From Planctomycetota bacterium (GTDB lineage Bacteria; Planctomycetota; UBA11346), in the NCBI GenBank assembly GCA_038213805.1, contig JBBQSO010000003.1, positions 63,648 through 127,647 of the forward strand: a stretch of DNA of 64,000 nucleotides. Reading direction: 5' to 3'. Positions within the stretch are counted from its first letter, which is position 1. Every line of letters starts with the position of its first letter. This document shows, one piece after another, positions 37,819 through 47,316 of the stretch. Made by a program: the position numbers and the translations under genes. Below the pieces are notes generated by a model. The model saw only the letters and a list, made by a program, of their open reading frames with translations. It ran no database searches and had not been told where the DNA came from.

Positions 37819-38943
37819 TCAGGGTTTGGCCGGAGCGGCGGCGGCCGGCTTCGCGCCTGCAGCCGGAGCCCCACCCTGCTTGCCGAGGGCCGCCTGGGCC
37901 GCTTCGAGCTCCTTGACCGCACGCACGCGCCGGGCGGCGAGGTCGGTCTTCTTACGCTCAAGGTTCTTCTTCTCCTCATTCAAGGTGGTCACCGCGCCCT
38001 GCTGGCGCGTCACCTCGCTCTCGGCCCCGCCGGCATCCGCGCGCGCTTGGTTGTAGGCCTTGCGCGCGTCCTCGACCGCCTGGAAGAGCGGCTGGAGGTT
38101 CACGGTGTTGGCGTTGGCGGGCGTGCCGGGGCCGCCTGGGCGTTGGGTGCTCCCCTGATTCTGCTGTTGGGCCTGGGTTAGGTTGCGCTGCGCGCCGTCG
38201 TAGGTCGCCTTGGCCTGGGTCACGCGCTGCGCCTGGCCCTGGGCGGCGGCGAGGGCCGTGTTGGCCTTGGCCAGCTCAGCGTCGATCAGCGCCGGGCGCT
38301 TCTGCAGATCGGCGAGCTGCTTGTCGAGGGTCACGATGTACGCGGCCTTGCCGTCGAGGTCCTTCTGGGCGTTGTCGTGGGCCGCACCCTCCTTGGCCTT
38401 CTCCTTGAGCGCCTCGGCCTCGGCGGTGGTCAGGATCTGGCCCTGATAGCGCACTTTTCCCTGGGCCGCGAGCCACTCACTCTCCTTGACCCATTTACCT
38501 TCGACCTGGATCCAGCCGAGGTCCTTGAGCAGGGCCAGGGCCACCGGCTGGTCGGCGGTCTGAGCGAGGGCCTCCTGCGCCTGCGCCGCGGCGCGGTCGG
38601 GCATCGCCTGGTCGCGGCACCAGGCGGCGAGAGCGGCATGGTCGTCCGCGCTCTTGGCCGCGGCTGCGCGCTTGGTGAAGTCGACCTCGGGATCGGCAAG
38701 CGTGACGATCGACAGGATGGCCTCGCGCTTGTAGCCCATGGTCACGCTCATCGTGCCGGTCTTGGTCGCGATGGCGGATTTGACCCGCACCTCTTTGTCG
38801 TCCTGGCCGATCATCTCGCCCTTGACCACCTGGCCCGAGGCGAGGTGCAGCTCGACCTGCTGGGCGGCGGCAAGCCGCGCAGCGCCACCCAGCACCAGGG
38901 CAGCGGCGAGAAGGAGGGAGCGGTTGATGGGGGAGCTGGCCAT
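37819..38943 (-). CDS. Secreted coiled-coil hypothetical protein
   Basis: AGGAGG RBS, signal peptide, LAAWC/GW..VEGKWV segment, long heptad region. Confidence 0.8.
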   Translation of the reverse strand: MASSPINRSLLLAAALVLGGAARLAAAQQVELHLASGQVVKGEMIGQDDKEVRVKSAIATKTGTMSVTMGYKREAILSIVTLADPEVDFTKRAAAAKSADDHAALAAWCRDQAMPDRAAAQAQEALAQTADQPVALALLKDLGWIQVEGKWVKESEWLAAQGKVRYQGQILTTAEAEALKEKAKEGAAHDNAQKDLDGKAAYIVTLDKQLADLQKRPALIDAELAKANTALAAAQGQAQRVTQAKATYDGAQRNLTQAQQQNQGSTQRPGGPGTPANANTVNLQPLFQAVEDARKAYNQARADAGGAESEVTRQQGAVTTLNEEKKNLERKKTDLAARRVRAVKELEAAQAALGKQGGAPAAGAKPAAAAPAKP

Positions 38944-39089
38944 AAGACCTCCTGTGTGTGCAACCGGCTACGGTCGCAACGGGGAGGCCTTGTTCCATGG
39001 AATCAGCGTCCAGGCATGGACGGTACGGGGTACAGCGTGGCTTGCGCAGCGACCACCGGGTATCGCGGCGTGCACTCCGGCTGCCGGCT

Positions 39090-39305
39090 TCAGCGGTTCG
39101 CTACCCGCCCATCGCCCTGCTCCGCCGACAGCGTCGCGAACGGCTGGCTGGTCTCCGCCCCCGACGGACCGATGAACGGATTGTTCTGCTCGCGGCGGCC
39201 CTTGTCGCCGCACCCGCTTACCAAGAGCAGCGCGGCCAAGGCGCATGCGCCGGCCAGGGTGGCGGCCGCACCTGCACGGCGTGCGCTCGGATGGGGTAAT
39301 GTCAT
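39090..39305 (-). CDS. Small lipoprotein (71 aa)
   Basis: Forms the 3' end of ORF 39090..41261. ATG 39305 follows GGAG; hydrophobic stretch then lipobox LVSG-C. Confidence 0.65.
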   Translation of the reverse strand: MTLPHPSARRAGAAATLAGACALAALLLVSGCGDKGRREQNNPFIGPSGAETSQPFATLSAEQGDGRVANR

Positions 39306-39482
39306 GGGCGGCACTCCGGCGGGTCCCGAGCACGCTATGGGTGTGGCGCGGGCTTCAACCCTCACCGCAGGCGGCTGGGCCGGGCTGTGGCACGGACGCG
39401 GCCCCCCCGGGCTTAGCCGCATGGGCCAGGGCCGACGGCTTGCGGCTTGCTTACCCCCCGCCGCAGGCGCACCCTGACCGTC

Positions 39483-41987
39483 ATGCTCACCGGTCTCCGC
39501 GCCTCCGACGCGCCCATCCTGCAGCGCCTGTGCGGCGCCGACATGCGCCTCTTCCTGCGCCTGGGCGCGCTGCTGCAGGCCCACCTCGCAGTCACCGAGC
39601 CGGCGCTTGCCGCACTGCAGGCGACCCCGGGCGGCAAGGCCCTGATCGCCGACCGCCGCCTGCAGGACGCCACCGCAGCCAGCTTCCCCGCGCTGCTCGC
39701 CGAGCACGCCGGTGACAGCGGCCTGGCGCTGCTCGACGAGGCCGGCGGTGCCGAGCCCGGCTGGCGCGTGCTCGCCATCGCCGACGAGGTCGGCAACCCC
39801 CTGCTCGCCGCCATGGCCGGGCCGGCCGTCGCGCGCGGCAACGGTGAAGTGATCGAGGCCGAGGTCATCCACGCCGAGGCCATGCCCGCGCTCAGCGAAC
39901 TCGCCGCCACCCTCGCTCCGGCGCTGCGCGGTCCCATCGAAGGGCTGCTGCAGGCGCGCGCCGACGACCAGCGCGCGGCGGCGCTTGAGCAGCTGCGCTA
40001 TGCCACGCCGCCGCTGCACCTGGTGGGCGAGATCATGCCCATGCTGCTCGCCGATGGTGCCGAGCTGGTGCGCGAGCGCGCCATCAGCCTGCTGGTCGCC
40101 GCCGGCGCGCACATCGCGGTGGTCGACCTGATCCGCGCGCTGCAGCGCAAGGACGAGGCTGCGCTGACGCGCCTGGGCGAAGTACTCTCGACCCTGCCCG
40201 ACCAGCAGCGCGACCTGGCGATCGCGGCGCTGGTCGCGCACGTCGCGCGCGGCCACGCCACCCCCGCCCTGGTCGGCCTGTGCCAGCGCCTGGCCGAGCA
40301 CCTGGTGCGCTTCCGCGGGCTCGACCGGCTGCTTGAGCTGCTGCTGCCGACGCGCATCAGCCTGATCAGCCTGGTGCGCGCCCTGCAGGAACACGACGCG
40401 GAGCGCGTCGAAGGCACGTTGCGCCGCCACCTCGGCGAGGGCGCGGAGGCCGACGCCAACCTCATCGTGCTGCTGGCCGCGCCCGGCCGCGGTGCCGACG
40501 CCGCGCTGATCGAGCGCGGCGTCGACCTGCTGATCTCGGCGGGTGACGCGCCGGTCGAGCGCATGGCCCTGGCCGGCGCGCTGCGCCGCATCGACGCCGC
40601 GCCCGGCGCTGAACATGGCACCCTCGCCGCACGCCTGGTGGCACGCTCCGCCGCCATCCCCGCGGCGCGCGACACCAGCGTGATCTGGCTGCTCGCAGAG
40701 TTGTGCCGCGACGGGCTGATCAACGCCGCCGACGGCGAACGCCTGGCCGAGGCGCTGCGCCATTGGCTGCGCGACGCGCCCGGACCGATTCTGGTCGCAC
40801 TGCTCGAACAGCAGCTGCCCGCGCACCTGCCGGCCAGCGCCGCCGCGCGCGGCGCCCTGGTCGAACCGCTGGTCGAGATCATCGCGCGCTTCCGCGATGA
40901 ACGCTCCCTCGATCTGGTCGGGGTGTCGCTGTCCGGCATCGGCGCGGCTGGCGTGCCGGCGCTGTGGCAGCTGCTCGAGGAGCACCCGCACGAGCCGGTG
41001 CGCCTGCTCACCGCCGGCCTGCTGCCCACGCTGGTCGCGGCGGACGATGCCGCGGCGCTCGCCGCGGCGGTCAAGCGCCTGCTCGGTGGCCTGGCGCGCG
41101 TCGAGCAGGGTCGCGAGCGCGGCGCGCTGGTCACCGCCGCGGCGCGCCTGGCCGGCAACCCCATCGCCGCACCGGCGCACAGCGCCGTCGTGTTCGCCGC
41201 GACCCAGGGTCTGGGCGAGTGGGGGACCGAGGCGCTCGGTTTCCTTGCGGCCGGCCCGCATCTGACGTCAGAGCAGCGCGGCGAGATCCTCGAACAGCTG
41301 CTGCGCGAGCTTGGCGAGGAGCTGCCAGACATGCCGCTCGACGCCCAGATCGACGCCGCGACGCAGGAGCAGACCTTCATCCTCGACCAGCGCCTGGGCG
41401 CGCACACCGAAAACATCCCGCGCGTGCTCGACGCCCTGCAGCGCATCGGGCGCTCACCGCACCTCGACGCGTCCGGTCTCAAGCGGCTGGTCGAGCGCAT
41501 GTGCGTGCAGTGGGCGGCGGTCTCGACGTGGCGCACGATCTGGGGCCCGGGCAACGTCCAAGAGCTCGGCCGCGCGCTGGGTCTGCTCGCCGGCCGCGCG
41601 GACTTCCCGGGGCCCCTGCGCATCCGCATCTGCGAGGCGCTGCTGCCGCGGCTCAGCCAGCTGGTGGTCGCGCGCAGCCTGGCGCGCGCCTTCGCCACCG
41701 GCGACGGCCCCTACCTCAGCGAGCTCGCCGGCAAGGCCGCGGCCAAGCTGGTGCAACTCGCCGCCGACAAGTACTACGCCGACGACGAGTGGCCGGAGCT
41801 CGCCGAGACGCTGATCGACTTCCTGGTCGTGCCGCACCTCGGCGCGAACGGCGCGCCGCTGCGCCGGCGCCTCGCCAACCTGGTCGGCGCGTACCGCGCA
41901 AGCTGCACCAGCCGCGCGCGCGCCAAGCTGTGCGCCATCCTGCCCGACCTCGAACCGGATCTGCGCGCGCGCCTCGACTGGGCCTGA
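39483..41987 (+). CDS. Large alpha-helical (HEAT/ARM-like) hypothetical protein
   Basis: Leu/Ala-rich helical units (LLADGAELVRERAISLL, EEHPHEPVRLLTAGLL). Start at ATG 39483, or TTG 39447. Confidence 0.78.
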   Translation: MLTGLRASDAPILQRLCGADMRLFLRLGALLQAHLAVTEPALAALQATPGGKALIADRRLQDATAASFPALLAEHAGDSGLALLDEAGGAEPGWRVLAIADEVGNPLLAAMAGPAVARGNGEVIEAEVIHAEAMPALSELAATLAPALRGPIEGLLQARADDQRAAALEQLRYATPPLHLVGEIMPMLLADGAELVRERAISLLVAAGAHIAVVDLIRALQRKDEAALTRLGEVLSTLPDQQRDLAIAALVAHVARGHATPALVGLCQRLAEHLVRFRGLDRLLELLLPTRISLISLVRALQEHDAERVEGTLRRHLGEGAEADANLIVLLAAPGRGADAALIERGVDLLISAGDAPVERMALAGALRRIDAAPGAEHGTLAARLVARSAAIPAARDTSVIWLLAELCRDGLINAADGERLAEALRHWLRDAPGPILVALLEQQLPAHLPASAAARGALVEPLVEIIARFRDERSLDLVGVSLSGIGAAGVPALWQLLEEHPHEPVRLLTAGLLPTLVAADDAAALAAAVKRLLGGLARVEQGRERGALVTAAARLAGNPIAAPAHSAVVFAATQGLGEWGTEALGFLAAGPHLTSEQRGEILEQLLRELGEELPDMPLDAQIDAATQEQTFILDQRLGAHTENIPRVLDALQRIGRSPHLDASGLKRLVERMCVQWAAVSTWRTIWGPGNVQELGRALGLLAGRADFPGPLRIRICEALLPRLSQLVVARSLARAFATGDGPYLSELAGKAAAKLVQLAADKYYADDEWPELAETLIDFLVVPHLGANGAPLRRRLANLVGAYRASCTSRARAKLCAILPDLEPDLRARLDWA

Positions 41988-41995
41988 TTCCGGCA

Positions 41996-42631
41996 ATGCG
42001 CACGCTCCGCCGCCTGCGCCTGGGCGCCCGCCGCCTGCACCGCCTGCGGCCGGCCCTGCGAGCCGGGCTGCGCACGCTGCTCGCCGGCCACCTGACGCCG
42101 CGTCAGGCGGCGTGGGCGAGCGCGGTCGGCGCGGCGGTCGGGGTGGCGCCGCTGCCCGGCCTGCAGTTCGTCACCGCCGCCGGCCTGGCCTGGGCGCTGC
42201 GCCTGAACGTGCCCCTGGTGCTGCTGTGGAGCAATCTCAGCTTCGGACCGTTGCTGCTGATGTGGGGCGCGCTCAGCGCCGCCCTGGGCGTGTGGCTGCG
42301 CAGCGGCGCCAGCCCGCTGGCGACCTACCGCGCGCTGCTCGCCCACCATGCCGGCGAGGGTTGGCGCGCCGCTGGCGCCCTAGCCAGGGAGGTGCTCGGC
42401 GACTGGCTGGTCGGCAGCCTGGTGGTGATGCCGTGCGTGGCAGTGGCTGCGGGTGCATGCGGCCATGTGGTCGCCGCGCAACTGATCCGCCGACGCGCGC
42501 GCATCACCGCGGCGGTGGTGGCAGCTGCGACGCAGGCGGCGACCGTGCGGGTCGCGGCTGCGGAACCCACAGATGATGCCGCGGGAAACGCCGGGGCCGT
42601 CACCCTGCCAGTGGTCCGGGACCCGGCCTGA
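41996..42631 (+). CDS. DUF2062 domain membrane protein
   Basis: TPRQAAWASAVGAAVGVAPLPG and ALRLN.P motifs. ATG 41996 lies inside ORF 40964..42631. Confidence 0.8.
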   Translation: MRTLRRLRLGARRLHRLRPALRAGLRTLLAGHLTPRQAAWASAVGAAVGVAPLPGLQFVTAAGLAWALRLNVPLVLLWSNLSFGPLLLMWGALSAALGVWLRSGASPLATYRALLAHHAGEGWRAAGALAREVLGDWLVGSLVVMPCVAVAAGACGHVVAAQLIRRRARITAAVVAAATQAATVRVAAAEPTDDAAGNAGAVTLPVVRDPA

Positions 42632-42633
42632 GC

Positions 42634-43449
42634 ATGCGCCCGCAGCCGTGGATTGATGGGTCCCTGCTGGTGGCCGCCGCCGCGCTGGCCGCCGCGCCTG
42701 GAATGGTGCCGTTTGCGCCCTACGCGCCGCTCGGCGCGATCGCCCTGCTGCACGTCTGGGGCGCGGCGGTGCCGCGCTCGAGCTACTTCCTGCGCGTGCA
42801 TTGGCGCCTGCCGCCGGGCTGCCCCGGCCTGGCGCTGACCTTCGACGACGGCCCGCACCCGGAGATCACGCCGCGCCTGCTCGACCTGCTCGCGGCCGCC
42901 CACCAGCAGGCGACCTTCTTCGTCATCGGCGAGCACGTGCGCGCCCATGGCGCCCTGCTGCGCCGCATGCTCGCCGAAGGCCACGCGCTGGGCATTCACT
43001 CCGATCGCCACGACCGCTTCCTCGCCGCGCGCGGCACCGCCACCGTGCGCCGCGACCTCGAGCACTGCGCCGCGGCGATCGCCGACGCCACCGGCGCTGC
43101 GCCGCCGCGGCTGTTCCGCCCGCCCATCGGCATCAAGAGTCCAAGCGTCGCACGCGCCGCGGCTGAGCTTGGCCTGAGCACCATCACGTGGTCGTGCCGC
43201 GGCCTCGACGGCGTCGCGCGCGCCGATCCCGCGCGCGTGCTGGCGCGATTGGCGCGCGGCATCGCGCCGCGCGCCATCCTCACCCTGCATGATGGGCACG
43301 AACCGGGCCATCCTTGTGATCGCAGCGCCTGCCTGGTGGTGACCGAGGCCCTGCTGCCGCGGTTGCGCGCAGCGGGGTGCGCGAGCCGGGCGCTGGTGGT
43401 CGCCAGGGATGAAATCAGCCTGGCAGAAGACGCAACCCGGAGGGCGTGA
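42634..43449 (+). CDS. Polysaccharide deacetylase (NodB/CE4)
   Basis: LTFDDGP, ATFFVIG, HSDRH, LFRPP.G, LHDG. Confidence 0.92.
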   Translation: MRPQPWIDGSLLVAAAALAAAPGMVPFAPYAPLGAIALLHVWGAAVPRSSYFLRVHWRLPPGCPGLALTFDDGPHPEITPRLLDLLAAAHQQATFFVIGEHVRAHGALLRRMLAEGHALGIHSDRHDRFLAARGTATVRRDLEHCAAAIADATGAAPPRLFRPPIGIKSPSVARAAAELGLSTITWSCRGLDGVARADPARVLARLARGIAPRAILTLHDGHEPGHPCDRSACLVVTEALLPRLRAAGCASRALVVARDEISLAEDATRRA

Positions 43450-43515
43450 TGGCCAAATGCCAGGCCCGTGACGCGATGACGCGCCACGGGCCTGACGTCG
43501 CAGATCCGCAGCGTC

Positions 43516-46500
43516 TCACTTCGCCGCGGCGGCCACCGTCTCGAAGTACGCGAAGATCGACGCCAGGTCCTCGGGCTGCAGGTTGTTGGCCAGGCCCTCG
43601 GGCATCATCGACTTCTGCTCCTCGCCGCGCTTGACGATGTCGGCTGTGTTCAGCTCCATGACCTGGCCGACGATGTTGCGCAGTTCGATGGTCTCGGCGC
43701 CCTCGTGGGTGACGAAGCCGATCTGGTGGGTGCCGTCCTTCATGTCGAACCAGCGCGTGGTGAAGCCCTGTGAGATCACCGCGCTAGGGCGCAGCACCGA
43801 CTCGGTGAGCTGCGCGCGGCTGTACTGCTTGGTGATCTCGCCCAGGTACGGCCCCTTCTGCGGCACGTCCTTGGCGACGGTGTGGCAGGCGATGCAGCCC
43901 TGCATGGCGAACAGCTGCTGACCCTTCTTCGGGTCACCCTTGGCCTTGCCCACCGCCACCATCACGTCCTCGTAGGACAGCGTGCCGATGGCGCCGCCGC
44001 CGGCCTGCTTGGCGGCCGCGGCCTTGGCCTTGGCGAGGATGTCGGCGTCGGCCTGGTTATCAGGCTTCTTCGCGCCACCGGCCAGGACGATGCCCTCGAT
44101 CTTGAGCTTGAGGAATTCGACCTGCGCGGTGATGTGCTCGGCAACCTCGCCACCCTCGGCGATGCCGGCCTTGAGCGCCGCCTCGATCTCGCCCGAACCG
44201 GCCCACGTGGCGCGCTGATAGTAGGGGCCGGTGTGTTCGGGACGCGTGGTCCACCAGGCTTTGCGGTCCCACTCGCCCTCGGTGTAGTAGAGCCGGGCGA
44301 GGTCGGTGTAGAGCTTCTTCTTGAGGTCCGCGGGCGCATTGGCGAGTTTGCCGATCAGGCCCTTCACCACGCGCTCGTCGTGCATCCAGCGCAGCGCCCA
44401 CAACGCGCCATCGACCAGGTCGCCGGGCGCGCCACTGCTGACCGCCTCCAGCGTGGCGTCGACCGCGTTCAGTCCGACCAGGGCGCGCACCGCCAGGTGC
44501 GGGATGATGAGCTGGGCATCCTTCCATTCCGGCTTCACCGCGAGCAGCGGCACGATCGCCTTGCCGGCCTCGGGCTTGCCGAGGCGCAGCAGACCGATCA
44601 GGGCCTGCACGCGGACGCGCGGATTGTCGCTCTTGAGGCCCTGGGTGAAGGGCTCGAGCGGGACGTTGGCGAGCTGGGTCTTGCGGTCGGCGAGGGCGCG
44701 CAGCGCCCACTCCTGGATGGTCGCGTCCTTGGTCAGCGCGACGAGGTCGGCATTGGCGTCGGCGCCAAACAGCGACTTGAACGTGAACAGTGCGGCGATG
44801 CGCGCATGGAGCGGCTGGGCCTGGCCCTTGGCGATATCGAGCAGGCCAGCCTTCCACGGCGCCTTGGGCCCGCGGCGCAGCATCTCGTCCTGGGCCTGCT
44901 GGCGGCACACCGCGCTGCGCGCAGCGATCAGCGGCACCAGGGCGGCGTCGCTGGCCTTCTTCAGGTCGGGGAACTTCGCGGCCGGCTCGCCGCCCTCGCT
45001 CGGGCGCAGTTCGATGATCGCGCCCACGCTCGGGCCGTTGTAGGTGAAGACGGCGCCCTTCCACGACGACACGAACAGGTGCGAATTGCCGTCGGCGTCC
45101 ATGTCGGTGACGTTCTGGACCTTCGCCCAGTCCTCGCGGCTGTCGAGCGCCCAGCCCGCGCCATCGGCCTTCAGCGGCATGCGGTAGACGTTGCCGGTGC
45201 CCCAGTCGCAGGTGAACTCCGCCTCGCCGTCGCCGTTCGGCAGACCGGGCTCGTGCAGGAAGATGCTGCCGACCGCCGAACCGCCACCGAAATCGTGGAG
45301 GGGCGGCAGCAGCTCGTTGCCGAAGCGCGCGTACAGCGACGGGTAGCCCATGTCGGCGCCGCCCAGGAAGTAGCTGAAGCGGCTGTTCCAGCCATCGCCG
45401 TCGTTGGTGTTGTCGTAGATGAAGCCGTTCAGGTAGGGATCGACCGACACATCCATGATGTTGCGCGTGTGGTGCGCGTAGACCTCAAGCTCGCTGCCGT
45501 CCGGGCGCAGGCGCACCACGCCGCCGCCGCGCATGGTCATGTGCTTGCCGTCGGTGCCGACGCCGTCGGGGATGCCGAAGTCGCCGATCGCGCAGTAGAT
45601 CCAGCCATCGATCGCCTGGCGGATGCCGTTGGAGGTATGGTCGGCCGGGTGCATGTCGAAGCCGTAACCGATGCCGGTGATGATGTCCTTCACCTGGTCG
45701 GCCTTGCCGTCGCCGTCGGTGTCGCGGTAGGCGGTGAGGGTCGGCGGGTGCAGGCAGTACAGCGTGTCGCCGTCGAAGGAGATGCCGCGCGGCGAGTCGA
45801 CGTCGGGTACGAAGGTGTCGAATTTATCCGCTACGCCGTCGCCATCGGTGTCGGTGGCGCGCACGATGCTGCCGCGGTGCTTCTCGCGGTCGAGCGAGCC
45901 ATTCTTGTCGACCGAGATGTACAGTTCGCCCTTGCCGCTGGCCGCGATGCACACCGGATATGAGACCTCAGGTGGGTGCGCGAACATGGTCGCGGTGTAG
46001 CCCTTGGGGATGCGTCCCATGAAGTTGCGTACGCCGACCTCGTGCACCGCGAAGTCGAGCGCCTTGAGCTCGCCGAGCGGGATCGCCACCGGCTTCTCGC
46101 CGGCGAAGGCGATCTTCGCATCCACCCAGTCCGCGTGGTCCTTGCCATTGCTGTCGCCGCCGTCGCTGACGTGCAGGCGCAAAAGCTTCACGCCCGTGAG
46201 CTTGACGTTGGCCTTGACCGCCTCGTCGCGCCCGTGCAGCACGCCGCTGCGCCACAGGATCTTGTCGTCGCCGATGACGAAGAACTCGACCGAGCCGTCG
46301 CCGGTGGTCTCGTCGTCGACGCCGACCTTGGCGGTGAAGGATTCGCCGCCGCCTTTGAGGTCGATCAGCAGATCGCTGTCCGCGTGCGTCCCGAAGCCGT
46401 TTGCGAACTTCGTCCCGCCAATGGCGAGGCCGTTGCCCTCCACCGTCTTGTCGACCGCCGGCGTGCGCCAGCCCTGCTTGGCGAGGCTGAGATCAAGGGT

Positions 46501-46578
46501 CGACAGCACCACGCTATCGGCGGCGTGGACTTGAACGGTGGCGAGGGCGAGGGCCGTCAGGCCGAGGAGGCGTTTCAT
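43516..46578 (-). CDS. Secreted NPCBM + PVC-type membrane-bound dehydrogenase propeller + HEAT + heme-c (CxxCH) protein
   Basis: Signal peptide from ATG 46578; NPCBM domain (GFGTHA, VGVDD, DHADWVDAK); DTDGDGVAD repeats; DGWIY, NTNDG; C-terminal GCIACH and SMMPEGL. Confidence 0.88.
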   Translation of the reverse strand: MKRLLGLTALALATVQVHAADSVVLSTLDLSLAKQGWRTPAVDKTVEGNGLAIGGTKFANGFGTHADSDLLIDLKGGGESFTAKVGVDDETTGDGSVEFFVIGDDKILWRSGVLHGRDEAVKANVKLTGVKLLRLHVSDGGDSNGKDHADWVDAKIAFAGEKPVAIPLGELKALDFAVHEVGVRNFMGRIPKGYTATMFAHPPEVSYPVCIAASGKGELYISVDKNGSLDREKHRGSIVRATDTDGDGVADKFDTFVPDVDSPRGISFDGDTLYCLHPPTLTAYRDTDGDGKADQVKDIITGIGYGFDMHPADHTSNGIRQAIDGWIYCAIGDFGIPDGVGTDGKHMTMRGGGVVRLRPDGSELEVYAHHTRNIMDVSVDPYLNGFIYDNTNDGDGWNSRFSYFLGGADMGYPSLYARFGNELLPPLHDFGGGSAVGSIFLHEPGLPNGDGEAEFTCDWGTGNVYRMPLKADGAGWALDSREDWAKVQNVTDMDADGNSHLFVSSWKGAVFTYNGPSVGAIIELRPSEGGEPAAKFPDLKKASDAALVPLIAARSAVCRQQAQDEMLRRGPKAPWKAGLLDIAKGQAQPLHARIAALFTFKSLFGADANADLVALTKDATIQEWALRALADRKTQLANVPLEPFTQGLKSDNPRVRVQALIGLLRLGKPEAGKAIVPLLAVKPEWKDAQLIIPHLAVRALVGLNAVDATLEAVSSGAPGDLVDGALWALRWMHDERVVKGLIGKLANAPADLKKKLYTDLARLYYTEGEWDRKAWWTTRPEHTGPYYQRATWAGSGEIEAALKAGIAEGGEVAEHITAQVEFLKLKIEGIVLAGGAKKPDNQADADILAKAKAAAAKQAGGGAIGTLSYEDVMVAVGKAKGDPKKGQQLFAMQGCIACHTVAKDVPQKGPYLGEITKQYSRAQLTESVLRPSAVISQGFTTRWFDMKDGTHQIGFVTHEGAETIELRNIVGQVMELNTADIVKRGEEQKSMMPEGLANNLQPEDLASIFAYFETVAAAAK

Positions 46579-46600
46579 CGAGGGCTCCGGAGGTGTGGTG

Positions 46601-46629
46601 TATACGTCGCGCGATACGAATGCGTTGCA
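46601..46629 (-). promoter_or_regulatory. ECF sigma-type promoter
   Basis: Minus strand reads TGCAAC-N17-CGTATA, 22 nt upstream of the dehydrogenase start. Matches the AAC...CGT ECF pattern. Confidence 0.6.
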
Positions 46630-46731
46630 CGGCATAAGCGATGGACTGGCAGTATACTCCAAAGATCATCCGCAGGGTCGGGAAGCCTGAAACGCCGGCG
46701 CTTCTCGCGCTGTATGTACGGAAGGGAGCGC

Positions 46732-47316
46732 ATGGCCTTTGTCGATCTGCAGCCGATCATCGACGAGGCGGTGCTCCAGGTACGACGCGGCGACCGCGAG
46801 GCCTACCGCGCCATCGTCGAAGCCTGTGAAAGCCGCCTGCGCGTGCTGGTCGCGCCGGTGCTGCCCGATCCCGCGACCGTCGAGGACGTCGTCCAGCAGA
46901 CCTTCGTCACCGCCTACCGCAAACTCGACCAGTACCACACCGGCACCGGCTTCATGGCGTGGATCGCCACCATCGCCCGCTATGAGGCGCTGAACGAACG
47001 CCGCCGCTGGATCACCGAGCGCTCCTTCCGCCGGCGTTATGGTGACGAGGTGCGCATTGAGCAGTTCCTCGAAGATGACCTGGTCGAGGCCAGCGCCGAT
47101 TGGGACGAGGGCATGGTCGAGCGTCTGCACCAGTGCATCGGTGGCCTGCAGGAGCGCACCGCCGCGGTGGTGAAGGCGCACTACTTCCAGCTTCAGGACA
47201 ACCACGACATCGCCGCCGCCCACGGCCACGATGCCGCGTGGGTGCGCCTGGTGCTGCACCGCGCGCGCCTCGCCATCGCCTCGTGCCTGAAGGCGCAGCG
47301 GGGCGCGCATGCCTGA
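46732..47316 (+). CDS. ECF RNA polymerase sigma factor
   Basis: GDREAY, VEDVVQQTF, FMAWIATIAR, region 4 (L..CIGGL...IAA...V...LHRAR). ATG 46732 after GGAG. Confidence 0.9.
   Translation: MAFVDLQPIIDEAVLQVRRGDREAYRAIVEACESRLRVLVAPVLPDPATVEDVVQQTFVTAYRKLDQYHTGTGFMAWIATIARYEALNERRRWITERSFRRRYGDEVRIEQFLEDDLVEASADWDEGMVERLHQCIGGLQERTAAVVKAHYFQLQDNHDIAAAHGHDAAWVRLVLHRARLAIASCLKAQRGAHA

Noticed and set aside
39306..41261. Long minus-strand ORF 39090..41261 as one gene
   Set aside because: Antisense shadow of the helical protein; only the last 71 codons look like a real lipoprotein.
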